The notes: generated by a model not told the origin, from the letters alone. A DNA stretch of 64,000 nt from Gammaproteobacteria bacterium (GCA_965222155.1 CBDCTH010000004.1:160001-224000), one strand, 5' to 3'. Counted from the first letter of the stretch, positions 22,792 to 33,972 are shown. A program made the numbers and translations.

Positions 22792-24132
22792 CTGATTACT
22801 GCCAATTCACGAAAATATTTCAGTACGGATGGTATTCGCGGCAGGGTCGGCAAGGAGCCTGTCACCCCGGATTTCATTATGAAATTAGGTTGGGCCATCG
22901 GGAAAGTTCTGAATGGACAAAGTGCAGGCCCCATTCTTATCGGCAAAGATACCCGTGTGTCCGGCTACATGTTTGAATCTGCGTTGGAGGCAGGATTGTC
23001 CGCCGCAGGCGTTGATATCCGCTTACTTGGGCCTGTGCCTACTCCTGCCGTTGCCTACCTGACAAAAAATACCCGCGCCGAGGCGGGGATTGTCATCAGT
23101 GCTTCCCACAACCCCTACTTTGATAATGGCATCAAGATCTTTTCCAGAAACGGCAGGAAGTTATCGGATGCTGTCGAATTACGGATTGAAGAACAACTGG
23201 CTAACTCCATCGAGGTCGTGGACTCGGGCAAATTGGGCAAGGCGCGCCGGATTACGGATGCGCCACGCAGGTACATAGAGTTTTGCAAGAGCAGGGTCGA
23301 TTGTGATTTGAGCGGTATCAGCATGGTGCTCGACTGCGCTAACGGCGCAGCCTACAAGATTGCGCCGAAGGTATTTGAAGAATTGGGCGCCGAGGTCCAT
23401 GCAATCGGTGTGGAACCGGACGGCTTCAATATCAACGATGGTTGCGGCGCCACGATGCCGGAGACCCTGCAACAAACCGTGCTGGAAAAAAAAGCGGATG
23501 TCGGGATCTCGCTGGACGGAGATGGCGACCGGTTGATCATGGTCGACCATAAGGGCGAACTGGTGGATGGTGATGAGTTACTGTATATCATAGCGAAACA
23601 ACAGAGAGATACGCTCAACGGAGGTGTCGTCGGCACGCTGATGAGTAACCTGGGCCTGGAGCAGGCGCTAACGGAAATCGGACTTGAATTTTACCGGGCG
23701 AAGGTGGGGGATCGTTACGTAACGGAATTGCTGGATGAAAAAAAGCTGGTGCTGGGTGGAGAACAGTCAGGTCATATTGTAAACCGGAATTTCTCCGATA
23801 CGGGTGACGGCATCATTTCCGCATTACAGGTATTGAATACAATGACGAGCAGCGGGGATGGTTTGTACTCATTGAAAAGCAGTATGCAGAAATATCCGCA
23901 AACACTGATGAATATTGAATTACAAAAACCAGTGAAGCTTGCGGATTATCCGGCGATCGACGAGATAGTGAAAGAAGTTGAAAAACAATTGGATAAACCC
24001 GAGCGGATATTGTTACGGCCATCCGGCACTGAGCCGTTATTGCGATTAATGGTAGAAGGCAGCGATAGCGTAAAGGTCAGTTTGCTGGCGCATAAGCTGG
24101 CTGAGGAAATAGATAATATAATCAGTGAATAA
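22792..24132 (+). CDS. glmM: Phosphoglucosamine mutase (probable CTG start upstream of the ORF-track ATG 22879)
   Basis: RKYFSTDGIRG in frame upstream of 22879; SASHNP, DGDGDR and RPSGTEP motifs. Confidence 0.95.
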   Translation: MITANSRKYFSTDGIRGRVGKEPVTPDFIMKLGWAIGKVLNGQSAGPILIGKDTRVSGYMFESALEAGLSAAGVDIRLLGPVPTPAVAYLTKNTRAEAGIVISASHNPYFDNGIKIFSRNGRKLSDAVELRIEEQLANSIEVVDSGKLGKARRITDAPRRYIEFCKSRVDCDLSGISMVLDCANGAAYKIAPKVFEELGAEVHAIGVEPDGFNINDGCGATMPETLQQTVLEKKADVGISLDGDGDRLIMVDHKGELVDGDELLYIIAKQQRDTLNGGVVGTLMSNLGLEQALTEIGLEFYRAKVGDRYVTELLDEKKLVLGGEQSGHIVNRNFSDTGDGIISALQVLNTMTSSGDGLYSLKSSMQKYPQTLMNIELQKPVKLADYPAIDEIVKEVEKQLDKPERILLRPSGTEPLLRLMVEGSDSVKVSLLAHKLAEEIDNIISE

Positions 24133-24134
24133 AG

Positions 24135-24313
24135 CGTTAGGATTATGGGGTCACGTTAGGATTATGGTGAGGATTATGGGGTCAGGTCGCACATTGCACA
24201 CACAAAGAAATGCATAAGGATTATGGGGTCAGGTCGCACATTGCACACACAAAGAAATGCATATGAAACCGTAACAAACCGCTGTGTGTGCAATGTGCGA
24301 CCTGACCCCATAA
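24135..24313. repeat. REP-like cluster: tandem 47-bp direct repeat, an inverted copy and partial copies
   Basis: 24170-24216 equals 24217-24263; inverted arm at 24283-24313. Confidence 0.9.
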
Positions 24314-24359
24314 CACTTGGCCTGCTCTGCCTGGTTATCCGATAGCAATAATTATCAAT

Positions 24360-25961
24360 ATGACAGATGTAAATCAGCAGAAACGCATCCTGGTAGCGGA
24401 TAAGATCTCTCCCGAAGGCAGGACGTTCCTGACCGGACAGCAGAATATCGACGTTGACCATATCCACGATCTTGACGAATCCGAATTGTGCGACAAGATT
24501 AGCGACTATCATGCCGTCATTGTGCGCAGCGCCACAACGATTACAGCGAAGGTGATCGACGCGGCCGCCAGGCTGGAAGTGATAGGCAGAGCCGGTATCG
24601 GGGTCGATAATATTGACGTAGACCATGCTACGAGCAAGGGTATCGTTGTACTGAACACCCCTGACGCCAACGTAACGACCACCGCGGAATTAACCATTGC
24701 CCATATCTTTTCTTTAAGTCGAAACCTGCCACAGGCCAACAGGTCGGTGAAGTCGGGGGAATGGAAACGCGCCCGTTTCATGGGGGTGGAACTGACCAAT
24801 AAGGTATTGGGCATAATCGGCTACGGCAATATCGGCAGAATTGTGGCAGCCAAGGCGCTGGCCCTGGATATGCAGGTGCTTGCCTATGATCCGTTTGTTA
24901 CCGAGGAAATGTTTTTGGCCGACGGCGTCAGCGGTGTTGAGATTGATGAGCTGGTAGGCGAATCTGATTACATCAGTCTGCATTGCCCGCTGAATAACAT
25001 GACCCGCAACATTATGAATGCCGACCGGATTAAGGCCATGAAATCCGGTGCAAGGCTGCTTAATTGCGCCAGGGGCGGGTTGGTAGACGAAACGTCGCTG
25101 TATGAGGCTCTGAAAAGCGGACACCTGGCCGGCGCTGCGCTGGACGTATTTTCCCGGGAGCCGCCTGAGGGTTCTCCCCTCCTGACTCTGGATAACGTCC
25201 TGCTGACGCCGCACCTGGGAGCATCGACCCGGGAAGCGCAAGCGGCGACCGGCATGGAGATTGCCCAGCAGATTTGTATTTATTTAAGAACCGGCGAACC
25301 CATTAATGCGATTAACCTCCCGGCAGTGTCGGCTGATGAACTGGTGAAGCTGCAGCCTTACCTGGCACTGACCAGACGCCTGGGGAAATTACTCGGACAC
25401 ATGATACCGGAATCCATTCGCCAGTTGGAGGTATCGCTCTTAGGTGAAGCTGCTGAGAGAGATATGAGAAGTATAGCAACAGAAGGGTTGGTGGGGTTGT
25501 TGAGCGCCAATATGTCGGCTGAAGTCAATCGGGTGAATGCGAAACATATCGCTGCACAACATGGGTTGAGCCTGGTGGAGTCACGGGGTGGCGATCACCC
25601 GGATTACCGTTCGGCAGTCAGCCTGTCGGCCCATCACGGAGATCACGCGACCCGGGTGATCGGCACACTGTTCGACAAGAAACACCCGCGCCTGATACGC
25701 ATCAATGATTATGAGATCGAAGCTGTGCTGGAAGGTCAGTTGCTTGTCACCCGGCATAGTGATCAGCCGGGCGTGATTGCCGCCATCAGCAATCTGCTGG
25801 CCGCGGAACGGATCAATATTTCGCGTATGCAATTGGGTATCGTTTCCGGCAGCAACAAGGCGGTCGCCGTGATCGGAGTATCAACCGCACTGAAGGATGA
25901 GTTGATAAATGAACTCGCAGAGATCGAGGCCATCACGAAGGTGATGCAAGTCAGGTTTTAG
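24360..25961 (+). CDS. serA: D-3-phosphoglycerate dehydrogenase (long type with ASB and ACT domains)
   Basis: GRAGIGVDNID, GYGNIG, NCARGG and TPHLGAST motifs; C-terminal DQPGVI. Confidence 0.92.
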   Translation: MTDVNQQKRILVADKISPEGRTFLTGQQNIDVDHIHDLDESELCDKISDYHAVIVRSATTITAKVIDAAARLEVIGRAGIGVDNIDVDHATSKGIVVLNTPDANVTTTAELTIAHIFSLSRNLPQANRSVKSGEWKRARFMGVELTNKVLGIIGYGNIGRIVAAKALALDMQVLAYDPFVTEEMFLADGVSGVEIDELVGESDYISLHCPLNNMTRNIMNADRIKAMKSGARLLNCARGGLVDETSLYEALKSGHLAGAALDVFSREPPEGSPLLTLDNVLLTPHLGASTREAQAATGMEIAQQICIYLRTGEPINAINLPAVSADELVKLQPYLALTRRLGKLLGHMIPESIRQLEVSLLGEAAERDMRSIATEGLVGLLSANMSAEVNRVNAKHIAAQHGLSLVESRGGDHPDYRSAVSLSAHHGDHATRVIGTLFDKKHPRLIRINDYEIEAVLEGQLLVTRHSDQPGVIAAISNLLAAERINISRMQLGIVSGSNKAVAVIGVSTALKDELINELAEIEAITKVMQVRF

Positions 25962-25998
25962 TTTTTTTACCGTAGAAAACTAAAACGGGTATATCGAT

Positions 25999-27243
25999 TT
26001 GCGTATCAAAGCTTTCAGGGGGTATCGCCCCGGTAAGGATAAAGTTGATAAGGTCGCATCAAGGCCTTATGACGTGCTGTCGAGCGCGGAGGCTAGGGAG
26101 GAAGCAGCCGGCAACACGTATTCTTTCCTGAATATCGTCAAACCGGAGATCACTTTTCCCGCAGGAACGGATCCCTACAGCCCCGATATCTACCGCGCGG
26201 CTGCGGCGAATTTCCAGGTTTTAATAGACAATGGAACGTTTGTACGTGATAAGCGTGAATGTCTGTATATCTACGAGTTGTGTGCGGATCAGCGGCCGAG
26301 AACAGGCATTGTTGCCGCCGCTGCCGTAGAGGATTACCTGAATGGCAGTATCAGGAAGCATGAACTGACCCGGCAAGATAAGGAGGCCGATCGCGCAAAT
26401 CATATTCGCACGACCATGCTGAACATGGAGCCGGTCATGTTCGCCTACCGCTATGACCGGAAAATCGACAACCTTGTAAAAACGGTTAAAACGGCCCTGC
26501 CGGAGTACGATTTTGTCGACGTGGATGAGGTCCGGCACCGGTTCTGGATCGTTAATGAAACTGAGACCATAGCGGCAATTATCAGTGCGTTTGCCTCCAT
26601 CCCCGCGACTTACGTGGCAGACGGACATCACCGTACCGCAGCCGCCGCCATAGTCAGCCAGGAATTGAATAACCAGGGCCGGCACAATGGCGCCGGCCCC
26701 GGACATAAATATTTCCTCGCGGTACATTTCCCCGATAACCAACTGGAAATTCTCGATTACAACCGCCTCGTTGCCGACCTTAACGGCCTTGATGCGGATG
26801 CATTCCTGAACCAACTGGCGGCTTCTTTCATCATTGAAAAAGCAGGAAGCCGGCCTGTCAGACCGAAGCAGCCCGCTGAGACGGGTATGTACCTGGCAGG
26901 TGACTGGTATCGCTTGATCGTGCGGCCTGAAAAGTATAATGCCGCTGATGTCATGGCTACCCTGGGCGTCAGTATCCTGTCGGACCTGATCCTGCGACCT
27001 ATTCTGGACATCCATGACCAGAGGACCGACCCGCGCATAGCCTTCGTCGGCGGCGCACGCGGATCGGCAGAACTGCAGGGCAGAGTGGACAACGGCGAGA
27101 TGGCAGCCGCCTTCAGCCTCTGTCCGGTATCTGTTCAAGAGCTCATGACCGTCGCGGATGCAGGCGCGATCATGCCGCCCAAAGCCACCTGGTTCGAACC
27201 TAAATTACGCAGTGGGCTGGTTGTGTACAGCCTGAAAGACTAA
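25999..27243 (+). CDS. DUF1015 family protein
   Basis: PYDV, KHELTR, YVADGHHR and MPPKATWFEPKLRSGL motifs. Confidence 0.9.
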   Translation: MRIKAFRGYRPGKDKVDKVASRPYDVLSSAEAREEAAGNTYSFLNIVKPEITFPAGTDPYSPDIYRAAAANFQVLIDNGTFVRDKRECLYIYELCADQRPRTGIVAAAAVEDYLNGSIRKHELTRQDKEADRANHIRTTMLNMEPVMFAYRYDRKIDNLVKTVKTALPEYDFVDVDEVRHRFWIVNETETIAAIISAFASIPATYVADGHHRTAAAAIVSQELNNQGRHNGAGPGHKYFLAVHFPDNQLEILDYNRLVADLNGLDADAFLNQLAASFIIEKAGSRPVRPKQPAETGMYLAGDWYRLIVRPEKYNAADVMATLGVSILSDLILRPILDIHDQRTDPRIAFVGGARGSAELQGRVDNGEMAAAFSLCPVSVQELMTVADAGAIMPPKATWFEPKLRSGLVVYSLKD

Positions 27244-27311
27244 TCCGGATGCGGCCAGGGATAAACCGGATACTAACCCTGTTGGTCATTCTCGGTTAGA
27301 ATATCCCCCAC

Positions 27312-27401
<90 letters not shown>

Positions 27402-27479
27402 TAGGCGTTCAGAATATGGTGACAAAAATTGTCTGTTGGCATAGTCTTGTTTTTGTCAAACCGACGGTTAAGAACTGAT

Positions 27480-28046
27480 ATGAAAACATACCTTATCACT
27501 GTACTAATGCTTATTCTCTATACGGTCACGCCTGTATGTAGTGCTACCGATAATCCATGTGATGATGATTACGATAAAGAACGGCAAAATCAATTTAAAT
27601 GTCAAAGTGCCTATTATCGTTCTCCTGAGATGCGTAATTCATTGAAGCTCTCAACCACAGAACAGGCAATAGCAAAAGACAAATTCATTATGGATTGCAT
27701 AAAAGATTTAACGGAATACCAAGAGCAGTATTGCAAAGAAAACGCACAATCGTTTTTACAAGATAATGAATCCGATTCAGATGAAGTTTTTGCTGCACAA
27801 AATGATGACACCAGTACAGATGAAATCTCTGCACTCGAATTATTTGCAACACTCGCTATTGCTGTTGAAAACGAAGAAAAATGTGAAGAAGCCTACATCG
27901 GTTCAACCGACCAACAACAAGCATCAAAACTTACCACCACAGAACGAGCAATTGCAAAAGAAAAGTTTATTATGGATTGTGTCGAGTCATTGACAGAATT
28001 TCAACTTGAGTATGTTGAAGACCAATTAACGCAGCCTAACCAATAG
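27480..28046 (+). CDS. Secreted hypothetical protein with two internal Cys-containing repeats
   Basis: Signal peptide; KLSTTEQAIAKDKFIMDC and KLTTTERAIAKEKFIMDC. Confidence 0.7.
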   Translation: MKTYLITVLMLILYTVTPVCSATDNPCDDDYDKERQNQFKCQSAYYRSPEMRNSLKLSTTEQAIAKDKFIMDCIKDLTEYQEQYCKENAQSFLQDNESDSDEVFAAQNDDTSTDEISALELFATLAIAVENEEKCEEAYIGSTDQQQASKLTTTERAIAKEKFIMDCVESLTEFQLEYVEDQLTQPNQ

Positions 28047-28084
28047 AAAATAAGTCTGATATTTTGTGCCGCAATTCTAGGCAA

Positions 28085-28149
28085 TTCTGGGGACACAATA
28101 CTTAATTCTGAAGACAACGGCAGGATAATTAAGTATTGTGTCCCCAGAA
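28085..28149. repeat. REP-like 23-bp perfect inverted repeat
   Basis: ttctggggacacaatacttaatt ... aattaagtattgtgtccccagaa. Confidence 0.85.
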
Positions 28150-28194
28150 CTCCCTCCCCAGAACTCCCCACCGACTTGAAAGCATGCCGTGTCG

Positions 28195-28589
28195 ATGATG
28201 TATGCCAACGGCGGGGGCGTGCTGAAAGACTACGCCGAAGCCGCGCATTGGTTGCATCTGTCTGTCGAGCAGGGGCACGCCAAGGCGCAGTACAATCTCT
28301 GCATCATGTATAAAGAAGGAGAATGCGTGTTTAGGACAATGCCAAGGCCCTGCGCTGGTATCGCCTAGCTGCCGCGCAGGGGTACGCACTGGCACAACAC
28401 AATCTGGGCGCCATGTATTACCAAGGTGTGCCTGAACAAGATATCGTGCAAGCCTATGTCTGGTTCAGTCTGGCTGCGGCAGCACAAGCAGAGTCCGCTG
28501 AGATAAGAGACAGCATCGCCGATGAAATGACTGCTGCCCAGCTTGCCGAGGCGGAGTCTTTATTTCAGGAATTACAGGCCCTGGATTGA
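28195..28589 (+). pseudogene. Sel1-repeat protein remnant
   Basis: MYANG.GV..DYAEAAHW, AQYNL and QAYVWFSLAA; frame break near 28330; 5' part missing. Confidence 0.8.
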
Positions 28590-28699
28590 GTGTAAATGGC
28601 GCTGACAGGGAACTCTGTTCAGGGCACAGGAAAACCAGTTGTCAGGCTTCGGATTCTCTTCCCTGCTCCTTTCGAGCACGCTCATGTCAATGAGCGTCA

Positions 28700-29263
28700 T
28701 TAAATCAGTTCCTTAAACTCCCGCAATAAGTCGGCTGTGACTGGAAGTCTTGATGAAGACAGAATCTCCAGGTACTGATCCGCACTTTTTTCAGGATTCA
28801 GCAGTCGGGCGCGAATGCGTTTGGCGCAAGCAATGACGGCGCCTTGATTCAATCCAAATTGATGTTCAATAAATTCATCGGGATGAAGCGCTTCTATGCC
28901 ATAAGGAGACAGGTATTCCGGCAGGAAGTCCTTCAGGTTTGCGGTAACAATAATTTGGGCGCCACATTTGATAGCGGCCGCCAGTACATGGCGGTCCCTG
29001 GGATCCGGTAAGGAAATGCCATCTATCAACGATTCGTAATGCCTGACAAGCGCATCGGGGATAGCCGCGTCCATCAGCCTTCTTGTCTGTTGAATGCGTT
29101 TCTCAATTTCCGGACGGTCTTTTACCAGACTGGACATCCACTCCTGATGGATCCGATCCGTCCATTTGGCCCGCACCAGATCTGAAATGGCAATCTCCAT
29201 AAGCAAATCCCTGACCGGCGCGGGATAGAGAACGCACGCATCGTAGACAACAACAAAGCCCAT
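28700..29263 (-). CDS. PIN-domain protein (toxin of an excisionase-HTH/PIN TA pair)
   Basis: VYDACVLYP, LPDPRDRHVLAAAI and IVTANLKDF motifs. Confidence 0.88.
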   Translation of the reverse strand: MGFVVVYDACVLYPAPVRDLLMEIAISDLVRAKWTDRIHQEWMSSLVKDRPEIEKRIQQTRRLMDAAIPDALVRHYESLIDGISLPDPRDRHVLAAAIKCGAQIIVTANLKDFLPEYLSPYGIEALHPDEFIEHQFGLNQGAVIACAKRIRARLLNPEKSADQYLEILSSSRLPVTADLLREFKELI

Positions 29264-29715
29264 TAATATCCTAAATTACTTTCCTGGGCAATTTTTACCA
29301 GTTCATCCATAGCCTTTGAGCTTTGCTTCTTGATGTTGTCTTTGTATGCCATCAGGTCTTTGAACCGGATGCGCCTGTGGGTTCCCACCTTGGTAAATCG
29401 TAATTCACCTTTCTCCAGCAGCGTAACCAGATAGGGCCTGGACACATTCAGGATATCGGCTGCCTGTTGTGTCGTCATTTCTGCATGGACAGGGACGATG
29501 GTGACTGCATTCCCCTGAGCCATGTCAGCCAGCAAGTCTCTGAGAAGGATAAGTGCCTGGCGCGGTAGAATCAGGTCTTGTCCGTCCAGTTTGACATGGG
29601 CTCTATCCGTTTCCGGCAGTTTGTTCAGTAATCGACCAAGCTCCGCCGCACCGGCACGGGCTAATCGTACCGTTTCATGGTCAGGTAATTGCTCATGCGC
29701 TCGTTCAATCATCAT
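29263..29715 (-). CDS. Excisionase-like HTH_17 antitoxin
   Basis: TTQQAADILNVSRPYLV..VGTHRRI motif; coupled to the PIN gene. Confidence 0.88.
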   Translation of the reverse strand: MMIERAHEQLPDHETVRLARAGAAELGRLLNKLPETDRAHVKLDGQDLILPRQALILLRDLLADMAQGNAVTIVPVHAEMTTQQAADILNVSRPYLVTLLEKGELRFTKVGTHRRIRFKDLMAYKDNIKKQSSKAMDELVKIAQESNLGY

Positions 29716-30252
29716 GGTTGTTCTCCGGTGCGGCCCGTTCAGATTCGTATTATTGTCTGTTAATTTGTCAAATCAGTATCACTAATATAGTAAATAATCG
29801 AAATAAACGCAACAACCCCATTGACGGGCTAACCGGTTAGTTCAACCACTAAGAATTCTACGTCCATTCAACGCCATTTGCCTCAGGTCCCCAGAACTCC
29901 CCCGCAGGGCGCCCGTACTGCATAAGGGGACGGATTTGAAATCCGTCCCCGGAGAGATGGAAGGCGTACATCAAAAAATCCGGCGCGTTCATTGCGCCCA
30001 TCCCCCTGCTCAACTCCATACAGAGCTTGCCCCTGCGGTTGTAAGCAGGGGGGCAGGCTCTGGGCACAACCCTTCGGGCGGCCTGTGCCGTGCAAATCGT
30101 CTGTCCTGACGATTTGTCATCGCATCAACTGGTGAGAAATCCGGGCTAGTCGGCTTCCATACGGATACCTGCCGTTTCAGTTAAATGCGTGCTCAAGCAA
30201 CCGAGCATACTATGCATGTTTTGAAGCTGCACATGCCGCACTGTCACTTGGA

Positions 30253-30285
30253 TATGATGCGATTATTTAACATAATCGCATCATA
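30253..30285. promoter_or_regulatory. 14-bp perfect inverted repeat upstream of fic; probable operator
   Basis: tatgatgcgattat-ttaac-ataatcgcatcata. Confidence 0.6.
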
Positions 30286-30326
30286 ATGTACTATTATATG
30301 AAGCGAATAACGGGTATGATCGCGTC

Positions 30327-31529
30327 ATGAAGTGGATATGGGAGCACGACAACTGGCCGCATTTTGAGTATGACTCTACAAGATCATACGACCTCGGCAC
30401 CAATGATTTCAAGCTGACATCACAACGGTTGCATGGAAATATTGAGGCTATGCCAGCGAACGACCAAGTCGACACGCTGACAGACCTGATGCTTTCCGAA
30501 GTATTGAATACTAATATGATCGAAGGCGAGGCACTGAACCGCGCGTCCGTACGCTCATCTTTGCTGGTATTACTCGGTGGTGAAGCGGATGGTACAGGCG
30601 GTCATCAGGATGAAAAATCGTTATCGGCTGCAGAGTTCATGGTGGATGTACGCAGCTGCTGGAACAGTCCCCTGGATGCGCCCATGCTGGGGCGCTGGCA
30701 ATCCATGGTGATTGCAGAGAAACGCGTTAATACCATCACGCGGGGGGCTTTCCGTCACGATGTTGCCCCAATGCAAATCATCAGTGGCCCTATTGGGCGT
30801 CATCGGGTTCACTATGAAGCGCTGCCGTCAGCACGGGTTGATGATGAGATGGCGCGTTTTCTTGACTGGTATAACACAACCCGCCCTACTGAAAGTGGCA
30901 ATAACGACGCGCTGCCTGGTCTGATCAGGGCGGGAGTAGCCCATGTATGGTTTGAAATGATTCATCCGTTTGACGACGGTAACGGGCGAGTAGGACGAGC
31001 CATTGTCGATCACGCAATCTCACAGACAGTGGGTTATCCCACGCTCGCCTGTTTTTCAACAGCGGCCTTGCAATCCCGGAAAACCTATTATCGGGAACTT
31101 GAATGGGTCGGTCGCGGCAATATAAATCTGGATTCCTGGCTGCGCTTTTTTACAAGGACCGTCAGGCAGGCGCTCATGATTGCGCAACAACAAGTGGCTT
31201 TTGTGCTGGGCAAGACCCGGTTTTACGATGCCTATCTCGAACGATTGAACGAGCGGCAAAAGAAGATGGTCGCCCGCGTGTTTGCTGGGGGCATTAAAGG
31301 CTTTGAAGGTGGCATAACAACCCGGAAATATCAAGTCGTCACAAAATGCTCCCGCGCAACCGCGTTCCGAGATCTCAATGAGATGCTGAGGCAGGGCATG
31401 CTGGTTGCGCGACCGGGTGCGGGCCGCAATGTCAGCTATGATCTGGTTTCAGTTGAAGCATGCATGCCTTTGGTCATGCAAGCGGACGTGCCGACTTTGC
31501 CAACTGCCCCTGAAGGGATGTCACCATGA
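30327..31529 (+). CDS. Fic family protein (DUF4172 N-terminus, C-terminal HTH)
   Basis: MKWIWEHDNWPHF; canonical HPFDDGNGRVGR. Confidence 0.92.
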   Translation: MKWIWEHDNWPHFEYDSTRSYDLGTNDFKLTSQRLHGNIEAMPANDQVDTLTDLMLSEVLNTNMIEGEALNRASVRSSLLVLLGGEADGTGGHQDEKSLSAAEFMVDVRSCWNSPLDAPMLGRWQSMVIAEKRVNTITRGAFRHDVAPMQIISGPIGRHRVHYEALPSARVDDEMARFLDWYNTTRPTESGNNDALPGLIRAGVAHVWFEMIHPFDDGNGRVGRAIVDHAISQTVGYPTLACFSTAALQSRKTYYRELEWVGRGNINLDSWLRFFTRTVRQALMIAQQQVAFVLGKTRFYDAYLERLNERQKKMVARVFAGGIKGFEGGITTRKYQVVTKCSRATAFRDLNEMLRQGMLVARPGAGRNVSYDLVSVEACMPLVMQADVPTLPTAPEGMSP

Positions 31530-32327
31530 TTCCAGATATCCATACAATCAATAGAGCACGCTTATACATCGATCATAACGGCTTTTTTACATCATTAGAT
31601 TCCAGAACTGCCGACTGTTGGAGAAAAAACCAACCTAACAGATAACACTCAACTCGCAACCGCTTGATGTAAACGGGGTTGATTTGTCTTTAACGTTATT
31701 AATATCAATGAGTTATAAAATAGAAAATGACCGTTAAGAGAAGCATTGTTTTAATAGGAATAGGAAAGATATGCTATAAACGCCTATAAGCCGATGATGG
31801 CGGCTTCTAAAGTACTTCGATGCATACCTGATCGGTTTTACAGTCACTTTGGACAACCTTACGTTAGCGCCAAGCGAGTAAGCGGCCGTTGAAACGGCCA
31901 GGCTAGTGCTATGGTTTTTGGTATAAAGTCCCTTGTAAAGAAGGCTCTTGTGTAACCTGAGGGGCACGTGCGGATGCTGCTCAGAAACAGTGAGAAAATA
32001 GTCGAAAATGTCACAGACAGCGACGGTAAGCCTGATGTAAGAACCACTTTCGAAAATACACACAATAGGAAATAGAGAATTTTGACCTCTTGTCTGGTTG
32101 CCGCAATACTGTGTAGGACATCTCAGGATGTTAAGGTGCCTTTTTTAACTCTCAGACTGACGTTTTTTGAGTGCGAATCTAAAAAATACCGACAATGAGT
32201 CTAAGTTATCTTTCAACGCATACGCCCATGCTGGGGCACGACTGAAAGTTAAGTTATAGACAAATCTGGGTATCATAGATACACTCAAAGAATGAAATTA
32301 CAAGGAAATGCAAATGAGTAAAGCTGT

Positions 32328-32580
32328 TATAAACAGGAACCCTAATATTCTGGGCGGCACTCCCGTCTTCACAGGTACCAGGGTTCCGGTCCGTATTCTG
32401 ATGGAGTATCTGGAGACCGGAGACAGCTTAGATGATTTTCTGGATCAGTACCCTTCTGTCAGCCGTGAACAGGCAGTTCAATTAATTGAACTGGCCACAG
32501 AGAAACTGACGACAGACACAGGGTATGAAGCTTCTCCTAGACAAGTCCGTGCCTCGGCGCCTGGCAACCAGTTTCCCTGA
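32328..32580 (+). CDS. DUF433 antitoxin
   Basis: ILGGTPVFTGTRVPV..DDFLDQYPSV. Confidence 0.85.
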
Positions 32581-32585
32581 CACAC
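32525..32585 (+). pseudogene. Truncated DUF5615 PIN-like toxin
   Basis: MKLLLDKSVPRRL, after which similarity is lost near the convergent gene end. Confidence 0.6.
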
Positions 32586-32636
32586 AGACGCGAGATGCAG
32601 GTGGCAGGCATTTATGGGGTTGCCGTACCGATCCGG

Positions 32637-33962
32637 TCAAAGATCACCGAGCCGCTCGATCAGCAAATCAACGGCAGCGCCGGAAGACCAGGCTTCACAG
32701 TGTCCGGAATTGGGCAGTACATGCCATTGCTTGTTTCCATCAGGTTTCAACCTGGCGAAGGTGTTTGTAAATTCTCCCAGTGAAAAGTACTCATCGCCAC
32801 CAGGCCCCTGAGACTCTCCAAACTTCCGGTTGATATTTGCGACCAGATCGATCTTGTGGTCCAACTCCCAATCGGCTTCTGCTCGGAAAGCCATGCTGCT
32901 GTCATCGAAGGGCGGGTAGGGTTCCAACTCTTCCCCCGGAGAATAATCGCAGGCGTCTGTTTTGTGGACATGGTTTGCAAATATTTCATAGTTTACGCTG
33001 AAGTGCGCATAGGACCCGGGTTTCCGGCACCTGCTTCCTGAAGCAAGTGCAGCACACTCGTTGTCCGTCGAACAAATGCTTGTTCCATCGAAGTCACAAT
33101 GCCCCTGTGTATAATGGCGCCGACTGCAGTGGGCATTGATATCCCAGTTATTCGGACCACCCACGAACAGTTGGTAATCGATAATGGGATCAAGTCCATG
33201 CCAGAGTCTTGGTAGAAAGGTCGCATTGCTGCCCATGCTGCAGCCGGCCGTCGCGAACGGCCTGTCATCCGCCAGGTTCTCATGCACCCAGGCAATGACC
33301 CCGGCGACCCGTTTAGTCAACTCGTAGACATTGGTGGCCTCATCACTGGTGCGTGAGTACCAGCCCCAATTTATCGGTGCACGGAACGGCGCTGCGAACT
33401 CCGCAGCGGTAAACCCTTTTTCCCAGCGTACCATTACGGTACGAACGGGTAACCGTTTCTCCAGTTCCAGAGCCGGTTCTGCAAAACGGTAGTCCGTGCC
33501 GCCGGCGCCTGTGTGCATTAATAATGTTTTATCGCCATCCGGCGTGAACACCAAGTGGCCGGCCATATCATCGACCACGTAGGCAAGCGCCAGCTTGGGG
33601 TCAGCCGGATTGCGCCCTTGAATCATCACCGGCATAGCGTCATCTTCATGCGCAGGAGACAGGCATTGCCACCAATCACTGCAGGCCTGCCTGCAACCGT
33701 ATCGAACATGGTAATCGCCGTTCTCATCGGGCGCTGATTTCGCCAGGTTGAATGCGGAGGAGGGTATTGCGGGATCCGGTATCTCACATATCTTTACCTG
33801 CGCGGCTAACGCCTCAACGACATCAGCAGACCCTGTTACTGCAGATGTTTCGCCGGGCAGGTTTTCTGCAGGCATATCGTCGGCCAGGCAAATCTGTGAA
33901 ATTAAGGTCCATACCAGGAAAATCCAGTAGCGTTTGTTTCTCATGTTGTTAATTCCAAGCAT
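32637..33962 (-). CDS. Secreted Cys-rich protein, putative alpha/beta hydrolase
   Basis: Signal peptide; GCSMG nucleophile elbow; C-terminal GHC. Confidence 0.6.
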   Translation of the reverse strand: MLGINNMRNKRYWIFLVWTLISQICLADDMPAENLPGETSAVTGSADVVEALAAQVKICEIPDPAIPSSAFNLAKSAPDENGDYHVRYGCRQACSDWWQCLSPAHEDDAMPVMIQGRNPADPKLALAYVVDDMAGHLVFTPDGDKTLLMHTGAGGTDYRFAEPALELEKRLPVRTVMVRWEKGFTAAEFAAPFRAPINWGWYSRTSDEATNVYELTKRVAGVIAWVHENLADDRPFATAGCSMGSNATFLPRLWHGLDPIIDYQLFVGGPNNWDINAHCSRRHYTQGHCDFDGTSICSTDNECAALASGSRCRKPGSYAHFSVNYEIFANHVHKTDACDYSPGEELEPYPPFDDSSMAFRAEADWELDHKIDLVANINRKFGESQGPGGDEYFSLGEFTNTFARLKPDGNKQWHVLPNSGHCEAWSSGAAVDLLIERLGDL

Positions 33963-33972
33963 TTTTACGAAC

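Noticed and set aside
24135-24313. Possible CRISPR array
   Set aside because: The units are contiguous with no unique spacers and include an inverted copy, which fits a REP-like element.
27251-27269. GGGATAAACCG resembling a type I-E repeat end
   Set aside because: Only 11 bp match and the 5' stem is absent.
31530-32300. Short ORFs after fic
   Set aside because: AT-rich sequence with no recognisable product.
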